Shown here one piece after another: positions 43,576 through 53,835 of a stretch of DNA of 64,000 nucleotides. The notes under the pieces were generated by a model. The model ran no database searches. It was not told the origin of the DNA and saw nothing but the letters and a program-made list of their open reading frames with translations. Within the stretch, counting starts at the first letter, position 1. Each line of letters begins with the position of its first letter. The stretch lies in IMG/VR virus record IMGVR_UViG_3300016467_000248; one strand, 5' to 3'. The position numbers were made by a program, and so were the translations under genes. Source of the stretch: an uncultured virus (IMG/VR IMGVR_UViG_3300016467_000248) (Duplodnaviria; Heunggongvirae; Uroviricota; Caudoviricetes).

Positions 43576-43835
43576 TGGCTAAAACACCCGCGTGGCAGAG
43601 AAAAGAAGGGCAGTCTGAGAAAGGCGGCTTGAACGCCAAGGGTCGCGCTTCTGCTAAGAAGCAGGGCATGAACCTGAAACCTCCGGCTCCTAAACCCAAG
43701 ACGAAGGAAGACGCAGGCCGACGTAAGTCATTTTGCGCCCGAATGTCAGGGATGAAAAAGAAACTCACGAGCAGCAAGACTGCGAATGACCCAAATAGTA
43801 GAATCAACAAAAGCCTGCGGGCTTGGAATTGCTGA
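43575..43835 (+). CDS. Conserved basic phage protein (DUF6321-like)
   Basis: AWQRKEG...GGLNAKGR...RRKSFCARM...SLRAWNC. Confidence 0.7.
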   Translation: MAKTPAWQRKEGQSEKGGLNAKGRASAKKQGMNLKPPAPKPKTKEDAGRRKSFCARMSGMKKKLTSSKTANDPNSRINKSLRAWNC

Positions 43836-43844
43836 GGAATCGCC

Positions 43845-44129
43845 ATGACGATGCAGTATGACGTTAAATCCACCCATCTTACCGCCAGTGGCGCTGTTAC
43901 TTCTGATCGTGCGCGGTTGAAGAGCGTTTCTTATCGTGGCGATGGAACGAATGGCTATATTAAGTTTCGTGATGGTAGCGTCACAGGCACCGTACTGATG
44001 GAACTTGATGTTGGTACAAGTGACACGTTCACTATCTATCTTCTCCTTCCGGGTGAAGGTGTGCTGTTCCCTACCAGCATCTACGCTGAACTTTCACACG
44101 TATCCGCTATTACCGCTATCTGGGGTTAG
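43845..44129 (+). CDS. Small virion structural protein
   Basis: LPGEGVLF motif; beta-rich. Confidence 0.65.
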   Translation: MTMQYDVKSTHLTASGAVTSDRARLKSVSYRGDGTNGYIKFRDGSVTGTVLMELDVGTSDTFTIYLLLPGEGVLFPTSIYAELSHVSAITAIWG

Positions 44130-44135
44130 TAGCTC

Positions 44136-44603
44136 ATGACCGACATCAAAATTTCAGCCCTTCCAGCAGTTACTACGGTTGTACCGGGTACGGATGTTCT
44201 TCCGCTTGTATCCAATAGTGGCGCAGATACGACCAAGGCAACGCCAAACGAGGTGGTTCACGCGGTGCTAAATACGGGTACTGGGTATACGACGGGTGTA
44301 GGTGGAACGGTCGCGCAAGCCCCTTCACGCACGACTGGGGTTACACTGAATAAGATCTGCGGTGCTATTACGCTGGTCAGTGCGGCGGGAACTTCGGCGT
44401 ATACTACGTTTACGGTAACCAACTCTACTGTAGCGGCGACGGATGTGATCATCGTCAACCAAAAATCCGGCACTGACAAGTACGAAGTATTTGTGACCGC
44501 GATAGCCGCAGGTAGTTTTGCTATTACTTTTTCGGATGTGTCAGGAACAACGACTGAGACTCCCGTCTTTAACTTCGCTGTAATCAAAGCGGTGACTGCA
44601 TAA
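44136..44603 (+). CDS. Virion structural/fibre-like protein
   Basis: KISALP N-terminus; SRTTGVTLNKICGAIT. Confidence 0.65.
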   Translation: MTDIKISALPAVTTVVPGTDVLPLVSNSGADTTKATPNEVVHAVLNTGTGYTTGVGGTVAQAPSRTTGVTLNKICGAITLVSAAGTSAYTTFTVTNSTVAATDVIIVNQKSGTDKYEVFVTAIAAGSFAITFSDVSGTTTETPVFNFAVIKAVTA

Positions 44604-46585
44604 TGAGTAATCTCGGCCCCCAACAACAGAACCAAACATTTAATGGGCTCCTTCAAGTCCCCGGCGGTGTGGCTGCGCAGCTTCAGACTGTACAGGACGG
44701 CGACGGTAACACTACGGCGCTTAAAGTAGGATCGCAAAATGTTCAGATTGGCGATGTTGTAGACACCTATATTCTTCAAATTCCCGGTGGTGTAACCACC
44801 TCACTTCAAACCGTTCTCGACGGTAATGGAAACCCCACGGGCCTTCAGCTTTCTAGTTCTGGTGCTAGTGTTACAACATCTGATACGTTCATCGCTTCCA
44901 AAAACGGTACGCAGATCACTGGGAGCGTGCCTCGTCTGATTTCAGACGGATTTGGGGACTATATTTCTGTCAAAGATTTTGGCGCTACTGGTAATGGTGT
45001 TACTGATGACACCGCATCGATTCAGGCTGCGCTTGACTATGCTAATTCAATCGGCGGGACAACTATATTTTTCCCTGCTGGACAGTACAAGACAACAGCG
45101 ACATTAATTTTATATCCAAAAACAACTCTTGTTGGGCAAGGAGGATACACCGCTTCAATCATCTCTTACACTGGGCTGTCGGATGGTATTAAAACTACAT
45201 CACCAATAAACAGCTCAACAAATGTATCAACGCAAATCAAAGATTTGTATGTGTATTGCTCAAACGCATCAAACGCTGGAGGCGCTTTTGTCAATGTTGC
45301 AGGATCGTATGTACAAATAATCAGTTGTTCAACAAGTGGTTTTAAATACGGAGTTATTTTTGATCAAACTGAACACGGTCATATTCTGCTTAGCAATATC
45401 GGAGCAACTTACGCCTGTGTGTGGCTGGTAAACGGGGGTGATCATACAGTCGGGGCCCTTCCATTATTCACAAACAGAATTACGATTGATCAAAATCAAT
45501 TTAATGTAGCCGCTGGCGTAACTTGCATTAGCGATGATGGCGGTGTAAATCATGCGATCACAAACAATAACTTTAACGCTGGCGGAAATCAGATCAGAGC
45601 AGCAAATGTTTACGGTCTAACGATTTCAAACAATGAAATGGAAGGAGCAACAGGAAGACCCATTTGGTTTGCTGACACCACGAACTCAGGTACGACAGTT
45701 GGTTATATTGAAGGATTTTCAATAACAGACAACACAATAGGCGGTGGTACCACATCGATTTATATTGATGGCGCATTAAATGGCGTAATTACATCAAATG
45801 TTGTTTATCAGTATTCTTCATCAGCTTTCGGACAAAACTATGGTTCAAACCATAGAACACAAAACGTAGTTATTTCAAACAATTCAAAAATTGTTATTGG
45901 GAATGGTAAAACTCAAACTAAACTTTTTGATAATACCTCCTATTGGCAACCATACAATGATGTAAGCAATCAATCATTCCAAAGCTACGTTTCAAGTGGA
46001 GCTATTTCTGCTGGATCGAACACCGTTACAGTTGGTACGACTGAGCTGTTGAATGTCGGTATGCCTTTGTTTGCTACAAATACTGACAATACAAATCCAG
46101 AAGTTGTAATTATTACTGCGCTTAGCGCCACCCAAATCACCGCAACTTTTGCATCTAGTAAATCCGCGAACTTTACATTGCGTTCACTGCCGACGTATGA
46201 AGGATCTTTTACTCCTACGATTAGCGGAGCATCCAGCACAGACACCATAACTTACACCGATCAAACTGGGTGGTATTCACTGAACAACGGAGTCTGCACG
46301 TTTAGTGCAGATGTTACATGGTCAAACGTTGGAACAAGTTCCGGGCAATTGCAGTTTGTTCTCCCTGTTAGATCCGCCTCGAACACTGGAACAAAAGCCT
46401 TCGCGTTAATTTTGAGCGGTGCTGGAGCAAATGTTTCTGGGACCATCTATGGAACAAACGCGAACTTTAATAGAAATGTGGCTGTAGGCTATGTTGCGAG
46501 CAATACGGGGGCAGCGACAGCAATAAATATATCTTCAGCGACAAGCGGAACAATTTCAATCAGCGGTAGCTATAGGATCTACTAA
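44603..46585 (+). CDS. Tailspike / depolymerase with pectate-lyase-like beta-helix
   Basis: SVKDFGATGNGVTDDTASIQAALD...FFPAGQY followed by Asn-ladder repeats. Confidence 0.85.
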   Translation: MSNLGPQQQNQTFNGLLQVPGGVAAQLQTVQDGDGNTTALKVGSQNVQIGDVVDTYILQIPGGVTTSLQTVLDGNGNPTGLQLSSSGASVTTSDTFIASKNGTQITGSVPRLISDGFGDYISVKDFGATGNGVTDDTASIQAALDYANSIGGTTIFFPAGQYKTTATLILYPKTTLVGQGGYTASIISYTGLSDGIKTTSPINSSTNVSTQIKDLYVYCSNASNAGGAFVNVAGSYVQIISCSTSGFKYGVIFDQTEHGHILLSNIGATYACVWLVNGGDHTVGALPLFTNRITIDQNQFNVAAGVTCISDDGGVNHAITNNNFNAGGNQIRAANVYGLTISNNEMEGATGRPIWFADTTNSGTTVGYIEGFSITDNTIGGGTTSIYIDGALNGVITSNVVYQYSSSAFGQNYGSNHRTQNVVISNNSKIVIGNGKTQTKLFDNTSYWQPYNDVSNQSFQSYVSSGAISAGSNTVTVGTTELLNVGMPLFATNTDNTNPEVVIITALSATQITATFASSKSANFTLRSLPTYEGSFTPTISGASSTDTITYTDQTGWYSLNNGVCTFSADVTWSNVGTSSGQLQFVLPVRSASNTGTKAFALILSGAGANVSGTIYGTNANFNRNVAVGYVASNTGAATAINISSATSGTISISGSYRIY

Positions 46586-46586
46586 C

Positions 46587-47936
46587 ATGACCGCGCAAAA
46601 TATTTCTCTTCAGATCATCCCGGTACAGGGCAACTCCATTGGAGACGCCCAAATGCTGGTTGTACCCCACGGTCTCTCTATCCCAACGACACTGTACGCG
46701 GATTCGGGACTAACAACACAGCTTGATAACCCCATTACGGTAGATACCACTGGAACTGTAGACTTTTGGGTAGCTGACGGCTCAATTACCTACGATGGTT
46801 TTCTCTCGGGTGGATTAGTTGTAGGGCGTCCACAGCTTACTAACCTACACGCGCTCCCTAGCCCCCAGACGGTCGCAATCTATCAGCCGAAGTACTTCAC
46901 CATTGACTTGGTGCCGCAGCCCTCTGGTTCTCTAGGAACTTACACAGCACAGGTTGTCTATGCTTCTTCTGGGCTTATAGCGCCGATCTTTAGTGACGAA
47001 GCCTGCACGACGACCCTGACAAACCCAATTGTCACGAGCGGTACCAATTTAACTTTTTGGTTGCTGGATCGTTCTGTTGAATACAACATCATTCTGTCTG
47101 GCACTAACATCCTAGACACGCAAACCATTGAGAACATCTGGACGCTCCCAGCTCCTATTTGGGCTAACCGCGCCGTCTATTGGCAAGATGCCGTAGAAGA
47201 ATGGGCGTATATCAATCCCTACAATGTCGCCGTAACCTCTCGGTCAGAAACCGCCTCTTGGACCCCCAATTTTCAAGAAATCATTGAGGAAGCCTGCGAA
47301 CGTGCTGGGTTTGAAATCCGCACGGGGTATCAGTTTAGAACTGCTCGACGTAGCCTCAACATTCTCTTTCAGGAATGGGCTAACCGGGGTATCAATCTCT
47401 GGACGGTGCAAGCTGCAGACATTACTCTGGTGCAGGGGCAAGGGACCTACAATCTTCCTAATGACTGCGTAGACATCATTGAGCACGTCATTCGCCAGAG
47501 CCCCGGCAGTGAGTACAACCAGACGGATATCATCATACCTCGAATCGCGTTGCCTACGTATGCAGCCATTCCAAACAAGCTGGCGCAGGGACGCCCAGTA
47601 CAGGTGTACGTTAATCGACAAGCACCCACTCCGCAGATCAACATTTGGCCGACGCCTAATCAGTCAGGGTACTTCTTCCACTATTGGTACCTGCGCCGCA
47701 TTCAGGATGCGTCTAAACCGGGTTATCAGACGCTGGATATGCCTTTCCGTTTTGTCCCCGCAATCATTGCTGGGTTGGCTTATCACATGGCGGTTAAGAC
47801 TCCTGAGTCGTACGATCGCATTCCCATGTTGAAGCAGATGTACGATGAAGCGTGGGATCAAGCGTCTAGGGAAGACAGAGATAAAGCCCCGTTGCGGTTA
47901 GTCCCTCTAGCCGGATATCTGATGGGAGGCTGGTAG
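46587..47936 (+). CDS. Head-tail adaptor-like protein with a long N-terminal extension
   Basis: C-terminal half IIEEACER.G...TARRSLN.L..EWANRG.NLWT...GRP; N-terminal half has two beta-rich repeats. Confidence 0.65.
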   Translation: MTAQNISLQIIPVQGNSIGDAQMLVVPHGLSIPTTLYADSGLTTQLDNPITVDTTGTVDFWVADGSITYDGFLSGGLVVGRPQLTNLHALPSPQTVAIYQPKYFTIDLVPQPSGSLGTYTAQVVYASSGLIAPIFSDEACTTTLTNPIVTSGTNLTFWLLDRSVEYNIILSGTNILDTQTIENIWTLPAPIWANRAVYWQDAVEEWAYINPYNVAVTSRSETASWTPNFQEIIEEACERAGFEIRTGYQFRTARRSLNILFQEWANRGINLWTVQAADITLVQGQGTYNLPNDCVDIIEHVIRQSPGSEYNQTDIIIPRIALPTYAAIPNKLAQGRPVQVYVNRQAPTPQINIWPTPNQSGYFFHYWYLRRIQDASKPGYQTLDMPFRFVPAIIAGLAYHMAVKTPESYDRIPMLKQMYDEAWDQASREDRDKAPLRLVPLAGYLMGGW

Positions 47937-48319
47937 TGGCTACGCGTTTTGCCTCCTACAAACGAGCTTTTGGATTTTGCGACCGTTGTGGACAGCGCTA
48001 TGATCTTCGCCACCTGAAAAAATATTTTATCATGGGGAAGTTGATTAACTCCAAAGTATGCCCCGAATGCTGGGATCCAGACCACCCGCAGAATTGGGTC
48101 GGCATCATTGGTTCTCAAAAAGTCAGCAATGACCCGCAGGCCCTGCGTGAACCTCGCCCCGATACAAACCGCAACGCAAGCTGCAGTGATTTTGCTTTCA
48201 ATCCAGTAGCGACCTTGGTGGTGTATACTGAGCTGAACAATGTGAATCCTTCTGGGTTTACTTCGGTCGTACCGACCTTTCGTCCTGTCCCGCCCGTCAT
48301 GGGTCCTGTTGACTTTTGA
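47936..48319 (+). CDS. Conserved Zn-binding phage protein
   Basis: CDRCG...VCPECWDPDHPQ...DPQALREPRPD. Confidence 0.65.
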   Translation: MATRFASYKRAFGFCDRCGQRYDLRHLKKYFIMGKLINSKVCPECWDPDHPQNWVGIIGSQKVSNDPQALREPRPDTNRNASCSDFAFNPVATLVVYTELNNVNPSGFTSVVPTFRPVPPVMGPVDF

Positions 48320-48327
48320 GGTGCCAA

Positions 48328-48525
48328 ATGAAGCACGAAGATATTGTTGAAGATAAGAAGATGATCAAGAAGGCTGTCGGTATGCACGACAAGCAGCTTC
48401 ACGGCGGTAAGAAGACTGACCTGAAAGGTCTGAAGAAGGGTGGACCTACCTCCCTTGATCGTAAGAAATACGGCAAGAATCTGAGCCGCGCAATGAACCA
48501 GAAGAGCTCTGGTCGGGGGCGCTAA
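48328..48525 (+). CDS. Small basic protein (LKKGG)
   Basis: DKKMIKKAV..H...LKKGG...GKNLSRA. Confidence 0.6.
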   Translation: MKHEDIVEDKKMIKKAVGMHDKQLHGGKKTDLKGLKKGGPTSLDRKKYGKNLSRAMNQKSSGRGR

Positions 48526-48686
48526 TGGCCAAAATCGAAAACAAACCCGCTTCGGCATATAACAAGCAAGGGCTTAATCCTAATAGCTCTGGCTACCCAA
48601 ACAATATCGCATCGACGCAGACTGTCAAGGTCCGTGGTACAGGCGCACAGACCAAAGCCACGAAGTGCAGCACTAAGCTGGGCTAA
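48525..48686 (+). CDS. 53-aa basic protein (RGTGA.TK family)
   Basis: Translated by hand; TAATG coupling. Confidence 0.55.
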   Translation: MAKIENKPASAYNKQGLNPNSSGYPNNIASTQTVKVRGTGAQTKATKCSTKLG

Positions 48687-48688
48687 AT

Positions 48689-49345
48689 ATGACGAGCTAC
48701 GACATTACTACTTACGCGGGTCTCAGCGCCGCAATCCAAGCCTTCACTGAAAGTGACGAGCCCACGTTTGTCGCGAACATTCCTACGTTCATTCAAAACA
48801 CGGAGCGGTTGGTTAACAACACGGTGCAGCTTCCCGCGTTTCGTAAGAATGTCACAGGCACGAGTACGGCTAACTTTCCCTATCTGACGCTGCCTACGGA
48901 TTTCTTGTCCATGTACTCGGTAGCGGTTGTGGGAAGCGCAACGGCGGGTTATTCCTATCTGCTTAACAAGGATGTGAACTACATTCGCGAAGCGTACCCG
49001 TTTCCGGGAGTAGTCGGGGAACCTGTTTGCTACGCTTTGTTCGATGCTAATACGTTCATGCTGGGGCCAACCCCGAATCAGTCCTATACGATCGAGCTGC
49101 ACTATTTCGCATATCCATCATCTATTGTGACAGCGGGAACAACTTGGCTGAGTACGAATTACCCGAACGTGCTTTTGTACGGTGCATTGACTGAGGCTTA
49201 TCTCTATCTTAAGGGTGAGCAAGATTTGATGCAGACCTATCAGGCGAAGTTCGATCAGGCAATGGCTCCGTTGAAACAGCTCGGTGATGGCAAGGACCGC
49301 CAAGACAATTACCGTACAACTCAGGTTAGAGATAAGGTGGTCTAA
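48689..49345 (+). CDS. Head-tail adaptor / tail tubular protein A-like
   Basis: FIQNTER...LPTDFL...GPTP...LLYGALTEAY.YLKG. Confidence 0.7.
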   Translation: MTSYDITTYAGLSAAIQAFTESDEPTFVANIPTFIQNTERLVNNTVQLPAFRKNVTGTSTANFPYLTLPTDFLSMYSVAVVGSATAGYSYLLNKDVNYIREAYPFPGVVGEPVCYALFDANTFMLGPTPNQSYTIELHYFAYPSSIVTAGTTWLSTNYPNVLLYGALTEAYLYLKGEQDLMQTYQAKFDQAMAPLKQLGDGKDRQDNYRTTQVRDKVV

Positions 49346-49773
49346 TGGCTGTTACCCAAGCACTCACCACCAGTTTCAAAGCCGAAATCCTGCAGGCGGT
49401 GCATAACCTAGCTGCTAACGGTGACACGTTTAAGATCGCGCTGTATAGCTCTTCCGCCAACATCAGCTCCTCGACAGCGTTCTATACTACGGATGGTGAA
49501 ATCTCTGGTGGCAGCTACGTCACCGGGGGTAAGGCGCTTACTAATCTAGGTGTGTCATCTTCGGGGACTGTCGCTTACACAAGTTGGGACAACGCGGTCT
49601 GGGCAAACGCTGGGTTCTCTGCAGCAGGCGCTTTGATTTACAATGCGTCAAAAGGAAATAAGTCCGTTGCGGTATTGAACTTTGGCGGCACCTATACTTG
49701 GGATAGTACGGCTACGGCAACCATCACTTTCCCGGCAAACAATAGCACCACGGCTGTGGTCATCATTAACTGA
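49345..49773 (+). CDS. Tail-associated structural protein
   Basis: SFKAEILQAVH...FKIALY...GALIYN. Confidence 0.65.
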   Translation: MAVTQALTTSFKAEILQAVHNLAANGDTFKIALYSSSANISSSTAFYTTDGEISGGSYVTGGKALTNLGVSSSGTVAYTSWDNAVWANAGFSAAGALIYNASKGNKSVAVLNFGGTYTWDSTATATITFPANNSTTAVVIIN

Positions 49774-49783
49774 TGAGGCTCAA

Positions 49784-50395
49784 ATGAGTAACGAACTTTC
49801 CAATTTTGGCGACCACGCTGAAGTCTTTATGCAGGCAAATACCGCTCCTTCTGAAGTTCTTGGTGTGCATGGGCATTACCACGTTGAATGCCGTGATAAG
49901 GACGGTAACCTGAAATGGACGGATGGGTTCCCTAATCTTGTTGTTGCCGCGGGTAAAGAACTCCTTCTAAATACGTTGCTTCGCACCTCGGGAACGTATA
50001 CCACGGTAGGTCCGTTTTTGGGTTTGACTAAGGTCAGCCTAACCCCGGCGGCAACAGATACCATGACCACGCTGGTTACGACCAATGCGGCTGAGTTCAC
50101 CAACTACACGGTGGGCGGTTCCGCAGTTCGTGGTACGGCTTCTTTCTCAGCGGCGACATCTACGGGCTCAACGCCTTCTAACGTAACGACTTGCGCGGCT
50201 ACGTCCATTACTTACACCATCACAGGTGCAGGCGGTACGGTCTACGGATGCTTTTTGGTCACGGGTACAGGCGCGGTGAATACTCAGAGCTCTACAGCGG
50301 GTACTCTCTATTCCGAAGGCAACTTCACCACGGCTAAGACTGTAACGGCTGGAGATACTGTAGCAGTCACTTACAGCACCACGGCGACTTCTTGA
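49784..50395 (+). CDS. Tail-associated structural protein
   Basis: G.Y.VECRDKDG.LKW...NLV. Confidence 0.65.
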   Translation: MSNELSNFGDHAEVFMQANTAPSEVLGVHGHYHVECRDKDGNLKWTDGFPNLVVAAGKELLLNTLLRTSGTYTTVGPFLGLTKVSLTPAATDTMTTLVTTNAAEFTNYTVGGSAVRGTASFSAATSTGSTPSNVTTCAATSITYTITGAGGTVYGCFLVTGTGAVNTQSSTAGTLYSEGNFTTAKTVTAGDTVAVTYSTTATS

Positions 50396-50407
50396 TAGGA
50401 GAGCCTC

Positions 50408-52429
50408 ATGGCTTTGGTTGTTGCGGATCGTGTTCAGGAGACCACGACTACTAGCGGTACGGGTACATTCAGTCTCGCTGGCGCTGTAGCTGGATTCAAG
50501 ACGTTCGTATCTGGCATTGGTACGACAAATACGACGTACTACGCGGCTTATGACCAGACCGCTCAGGTTTGGGAAGTCGGGCTAGGCACAGTTACGTCTG
50601 GGTCTCCAAATACGCTTTCTCGTGACACAGTTCTATCCAACTCTTCGGGCACAACGGCTAAGATCAGCTTCGCTGGTAACACGACGTACGTTTGGTGCGA
50701 CTACCCCGCAGGTAAAGTTGTTATTAAGGACGCATCTGGATTCGTTGGTATCAACGCTACTCCAGTGGTTCAATTTCAAATCGGTTCTGGTCAAGAGGTT
50801 CTTGATGTAGCGGGCGCGTTCAACACATCAAAATTTAACTCGCAGGGGACAGCGTGGAGCTCAGCTTCAGCCCTGCCGTCTATTGTCTTTAATGCCTCCG
50901 CAACGGATCGCCCTGAAGTTTCATGGATTAGAGGAGCACGGTCATACCCTGAATTTTCAATCAGACAGCATACAACTTTAGATTCTGGAGGGCAGTTTTG
51001 GGCTGGTGCAGGAACAGCAGCGCCATCTTTAGTGTACAGTGTCACAAGCTCAAGCCAAACATGGGCTGTATCAGGCTCAGATGTCATGTATCTAGCGGGT
51101 ACATCATTAGGAATTGGGTCTTCTCCAGCAGTAGACAGGGGAATACAAACCTCAAGAAGCGCAAGTGGCGCGACTACGTGTTATGGAATTGTTTCGGGAG
51201 AAGCAGTTCAATCCGGTGTTACTTCTGGGTATAGCGGGTTTCTTTCTGCGCCAGCAACCGCCGCGGCGGCGTTTACGCTATCAAATCTGCGTCATTTTTA
51301 TGCGAATGGAGTGACAGTCGGAGCAGGCTCTGCCATTGCAAATCAATACGGGTTTTTTGTAGAAAGCAATCTCACCGGAGCCACAAGCAACTACGGCTTC
51401 TACAGCAACATAGCATCGGGCACAGGCCGCTATAACTTCTACGCGAACGGATCTGCGGATAATTATTTTGCTGGGAACGTCGGGATCGGCACTACGGCGG
51501 CGGAAGGCAACCTCCACGTTCTTTCAACTTCTGCTGGAACTGTAACAGCAAGCATCAACGGCAACCTTGGTGTATTTGAGTCTGGCTTATCTAACGGCCT
51601 AAGTATCCTCGTTCCAGATGCTTCTACATCAATCATCATGTTTGGTTCCCCTTCGAGCAATCGAGGGGCAGAAGTAAACTGGAGGTACAGCACAACCACA
51701 ATGCAGGTTGGGACCAGAACGGCGGGTGGCATTCTTCAGTTGATGTCTGGAAATGCGACTGTCGGCGTAACTCTCGATGCTTCCGGTGGTTTTGGAGTAG
51801 GTACGGCTTCGCCTAGCGGTATAGTAGGTATAGTTGGCGCTGCTAGTGACACGTGGGCAACAAGCGGCAGTGGAGGGCTTGTACTAAATGGGTCTAATGC
51901 TGGTAACGCGGTATCAACGATAACTACTTATCTTGATACATCTTCAATACGCATTGGGTCCGGGCTCACCCAAAAAACTGGGATACTTATCAATGGATCG
52001 ACATCCGCAGCAGGCTCTACTGTTCAGGTAAGCACCGGAGGCTCAGCCAGAACAACGGTGGACGCCATAGGCAACCTACAAGTCTTAGGCGGTCTGGTCA
52101 TGCCGGGACAGGGCGCTCCAACTTCAAAGAATGCAAATGCCACTTTGACTGGCGCGGAACTAATTACAGGTCTTTTAACAGCAACAGGGGCTGGCCCCAC
52201 AACAGTAAGTTTCCCTACGGCGGCAAATATAGAAGCAGCACTTACATGGGGATCAACAAACACATGTATAGATTTTTATGTAATCAACACTTCTGGTGGT
52301 GCTGTAACTATGAATGCCAACGGCAATACTCAGGTAGGAGGAACATTTTCTGTAGCAGTAGGAACTTCAGCGCAATTTAGAGTCCGTAGAACGGCAGCTA
52401 GTACGTTTACGATTTATAGGCTTGGTTAA
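50408..52429 (+). CDS. Tail fibre protein
   Basis: ADRVQETTTT.GTG N-terminal anchor; repeated GNVGIGT/VGI motifs. Confidence 0.8.
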   Translation: MALVVADRVQETTTTSGTGTFSLAGAVAGFKTFVSGIGTTNTTYYAAYDQTAQVWEVGLGTVTSGSPNTLSRDTVLSNSSGTTAKISFAGNTTYVWCDYPAGKVVIKDASGFVGINATPVVQFQIGSGQEVLDVAGAFNTSKFNSQGTAWSSASALPSIVFNASATDRPEVSWIRGARSYPEFSIRQHTTLDSGGQFWAGAGTAAPSLVYSVTSSSQTWAVSGSDVMYLAGTSLGIGSSPAVDRGIQTSRSASGATTCYGIVSGEAVQSGVTSGYSGFLSAPATAAAAFTLSNLRHFYANGVTVGAGSAIANQYGFFVESNLTGATSNYGFYSNIASGTGRYNFYANGSADNYFAGNVGIGTTAAEGNLHVLSTSAGTVTASINGNLGVFESGLSNGLSILVPDASTSIIMFGSPSSNRGAEVNWRYSTTTMQVGTRTAGGILQLMSGNATVGVTLDASGGFGVGTASPSGIVGIVGAASDTWATSGSGGLVLNGSNAGNAVSTITTYLDTSSIRIGSGLTQKTGILINGSTSAAGSTVQVSTGGSARTTVDAIGNLQVLGGLVMPGQGAPTSKNANATLTGAELITGLLTATGAGPTTVSFPTAANIEAALTWGSTNTCIDFYVINTSGGAVTMNANGNTQVGGTFSVAVGTSAQFRVRRTAASTFTIYRLG

Positions 52430-52430
52430 T

Positions 52431-52772
52431 ATGGCAATTACATATACTTGGAAAATAACTCGACTCGAAGTCGTGGATCAAGGTGATCTAAAAGACGTAG
52501 CTGTTCAGGCTTGCTTTGATGTTCACGGTGAAGATGAGGAAGGGCACAAAGGTTTTGCGCAGAGCGATGTGAAGCTGCTTCCTACTGATCCGGCAAATTT
52601 TACCGATATTCAAAATGTTTCGCATGAGCAAGCGATAGCTTGGACTAAAACAGCACTGCCTAATAATGGCGCGGATTTTGAAGCTCGTGTTGCTGAACAG
52701 ATTGGTTGGCAAAAGCAACCTAAGCCCCGAGCTGTAGAGCTTTCTTGGATGAAGAATGAGAGTGAACAATGA
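52431..52772 (+). CDS. Tail-fibre-associated protein (possible chaperone)
   Basis: ITYTWKI...; follows the fibre gene. Confidence 0.55.
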   Translation: MAITYTWKITRLEVVDQGDLKDVAVQACFDVHGEDEEGHKGFAQSDVKLLPTDPANFTDIQNVSHEQAIAWTKTALPNNGADFEARVAEQIGWQKQPKPRAVELSWMKNESEQ

Positions 52773-52924
52773 ACGAAGTTAATCTGACTCTTTCCGCGAT
52801 GGAAGTAAACGCCATTCTTTCGGTGCTTGGAGACCTCCCGGCTAAGACAGGTGTATGGCCTCTCATCGTAAAGATTAAGCAGCAAGCGGACGCGCAAAAC
52901 CCGCCTGAGCCTCCTGTTGCCTAG
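52769..52924 (+). CDS. 51-aa conserved small protein
   Basis: EVNAILSVLGDLP...LIVKIKQQA; translated by hand. Confidence 0.55.
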   Translation: MNEVNLTLSAMEVNAILSVLGDLPAKTGVWPLIVKIKQQADAQNPPEPPVA

Positions 52925-52926
52925 AG

Positions 52927-53835
52927 ATGTTTGGTAACTACGCTTTCTCGCGGAGGCCCTTTGCTGGACAGAGCGCAGAGATTCTTGCGCTCACCGCGAC
53001 TGAGAACGTTACCGTTGCTGACACAAGCTCTCAGACTTCCGCGTTTCTTCAATCACGTACAGAGAACATTACTCTAGCCGACACAAGCTCTCAGACTTCC
53101 GCGTTTCTGCAATCTTTAGCTGAAGGGATTACACTTGCTGATGTCATCACACCGGGGGTGGTATTTACTGTAAGCCTGACTGAAGATTTTACATCTGCGG
53201 ATACAAGCTCTCAGGTCTTTGCATTCCTTCAATCACGCGCAGAAAATATCGCTGTCGCTGACTCTAATACCCAGACATCGACGTTCTTATTTACGCAAGC
53301 TGAAAACATAGATCTTGCGGACGCAATCAACGGGTCCGCGGCTTTTTCTGCTACGCAGGTTGAAGGGTTTACTCTTGATACTGCTCTGGCTATCGCCGTC
53401 CAGTTCACCGCATCTGCTACGGAGAACATGTCATTAGCTGATGTCATCACTATTGGTATCGCGTACTCGTTTACGGTTACGGAACCGTTTACCTCATCTG
53501 AATCAGCGACAATAATTCGGGGTTTTATATTTAGCGCCACAGAGTCCATAACTGTCGCCGATGCCGCTGCTACTGTATCGCAGTTTCTTTTTGCTCCTAT
53601 TGAAAGCATCACGGTAGACGCGCAGTACAAAACGCTGTACTGGTTGAAAGTGCCGGATACTCAGGACGCGAATTGGGGCCCGATTAATGACACGCAAGTG
53701 CCTAGCTGGATAACGGTAAATGACGGACAAACTCCTAATTGGGGGCCTATCAGCCATACGCAAACGGCGAACTGGAATACAATTGACGACAACCAAACCC
53801 CAGACTGGGTACCTGTAGAGGACGAACAACCATGA
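52927..53835 (+). CDS. Tandem-repeat virion protein (about 20-aa and 11-aa Trp repeats)
   Basis: (ENITLADTSSQTSAFLQS)n and (DTQxPNWxxI)n. Confidence 0.65.
   Translation: MFGNYAFSRRPFAGQSAEILALTATENVTVADTSSQTSAFLQSRTENITLADTSSQTSAFLQSLAEGITLADVITPGVVFTVSLTEDFTSADTSSQVFAFLQSRAENIAVADSNTQTSTFLFTQAENIDLADAINGSAAFSATQVEGFTLDTALAIAVQFTASATENMSLADVITIGIAYSFTVTEPFTSSESATIIRGFIFSATESITVADAAATVSQFLFAPIESITVDAQYKTLYWLKVPDTQDANWGPINDTQVPSWITVNDGQTPNWGPISHTQTANWNTIDDNQTPDWVPVEDEQP

Noticed and set aside
44603..52429. Diversity-generating retroelement or invertible tail-fibre cassette
   Set aside because: No reverse transcriptase or invertase is present, and no TR/VR repeat pair was noticed.
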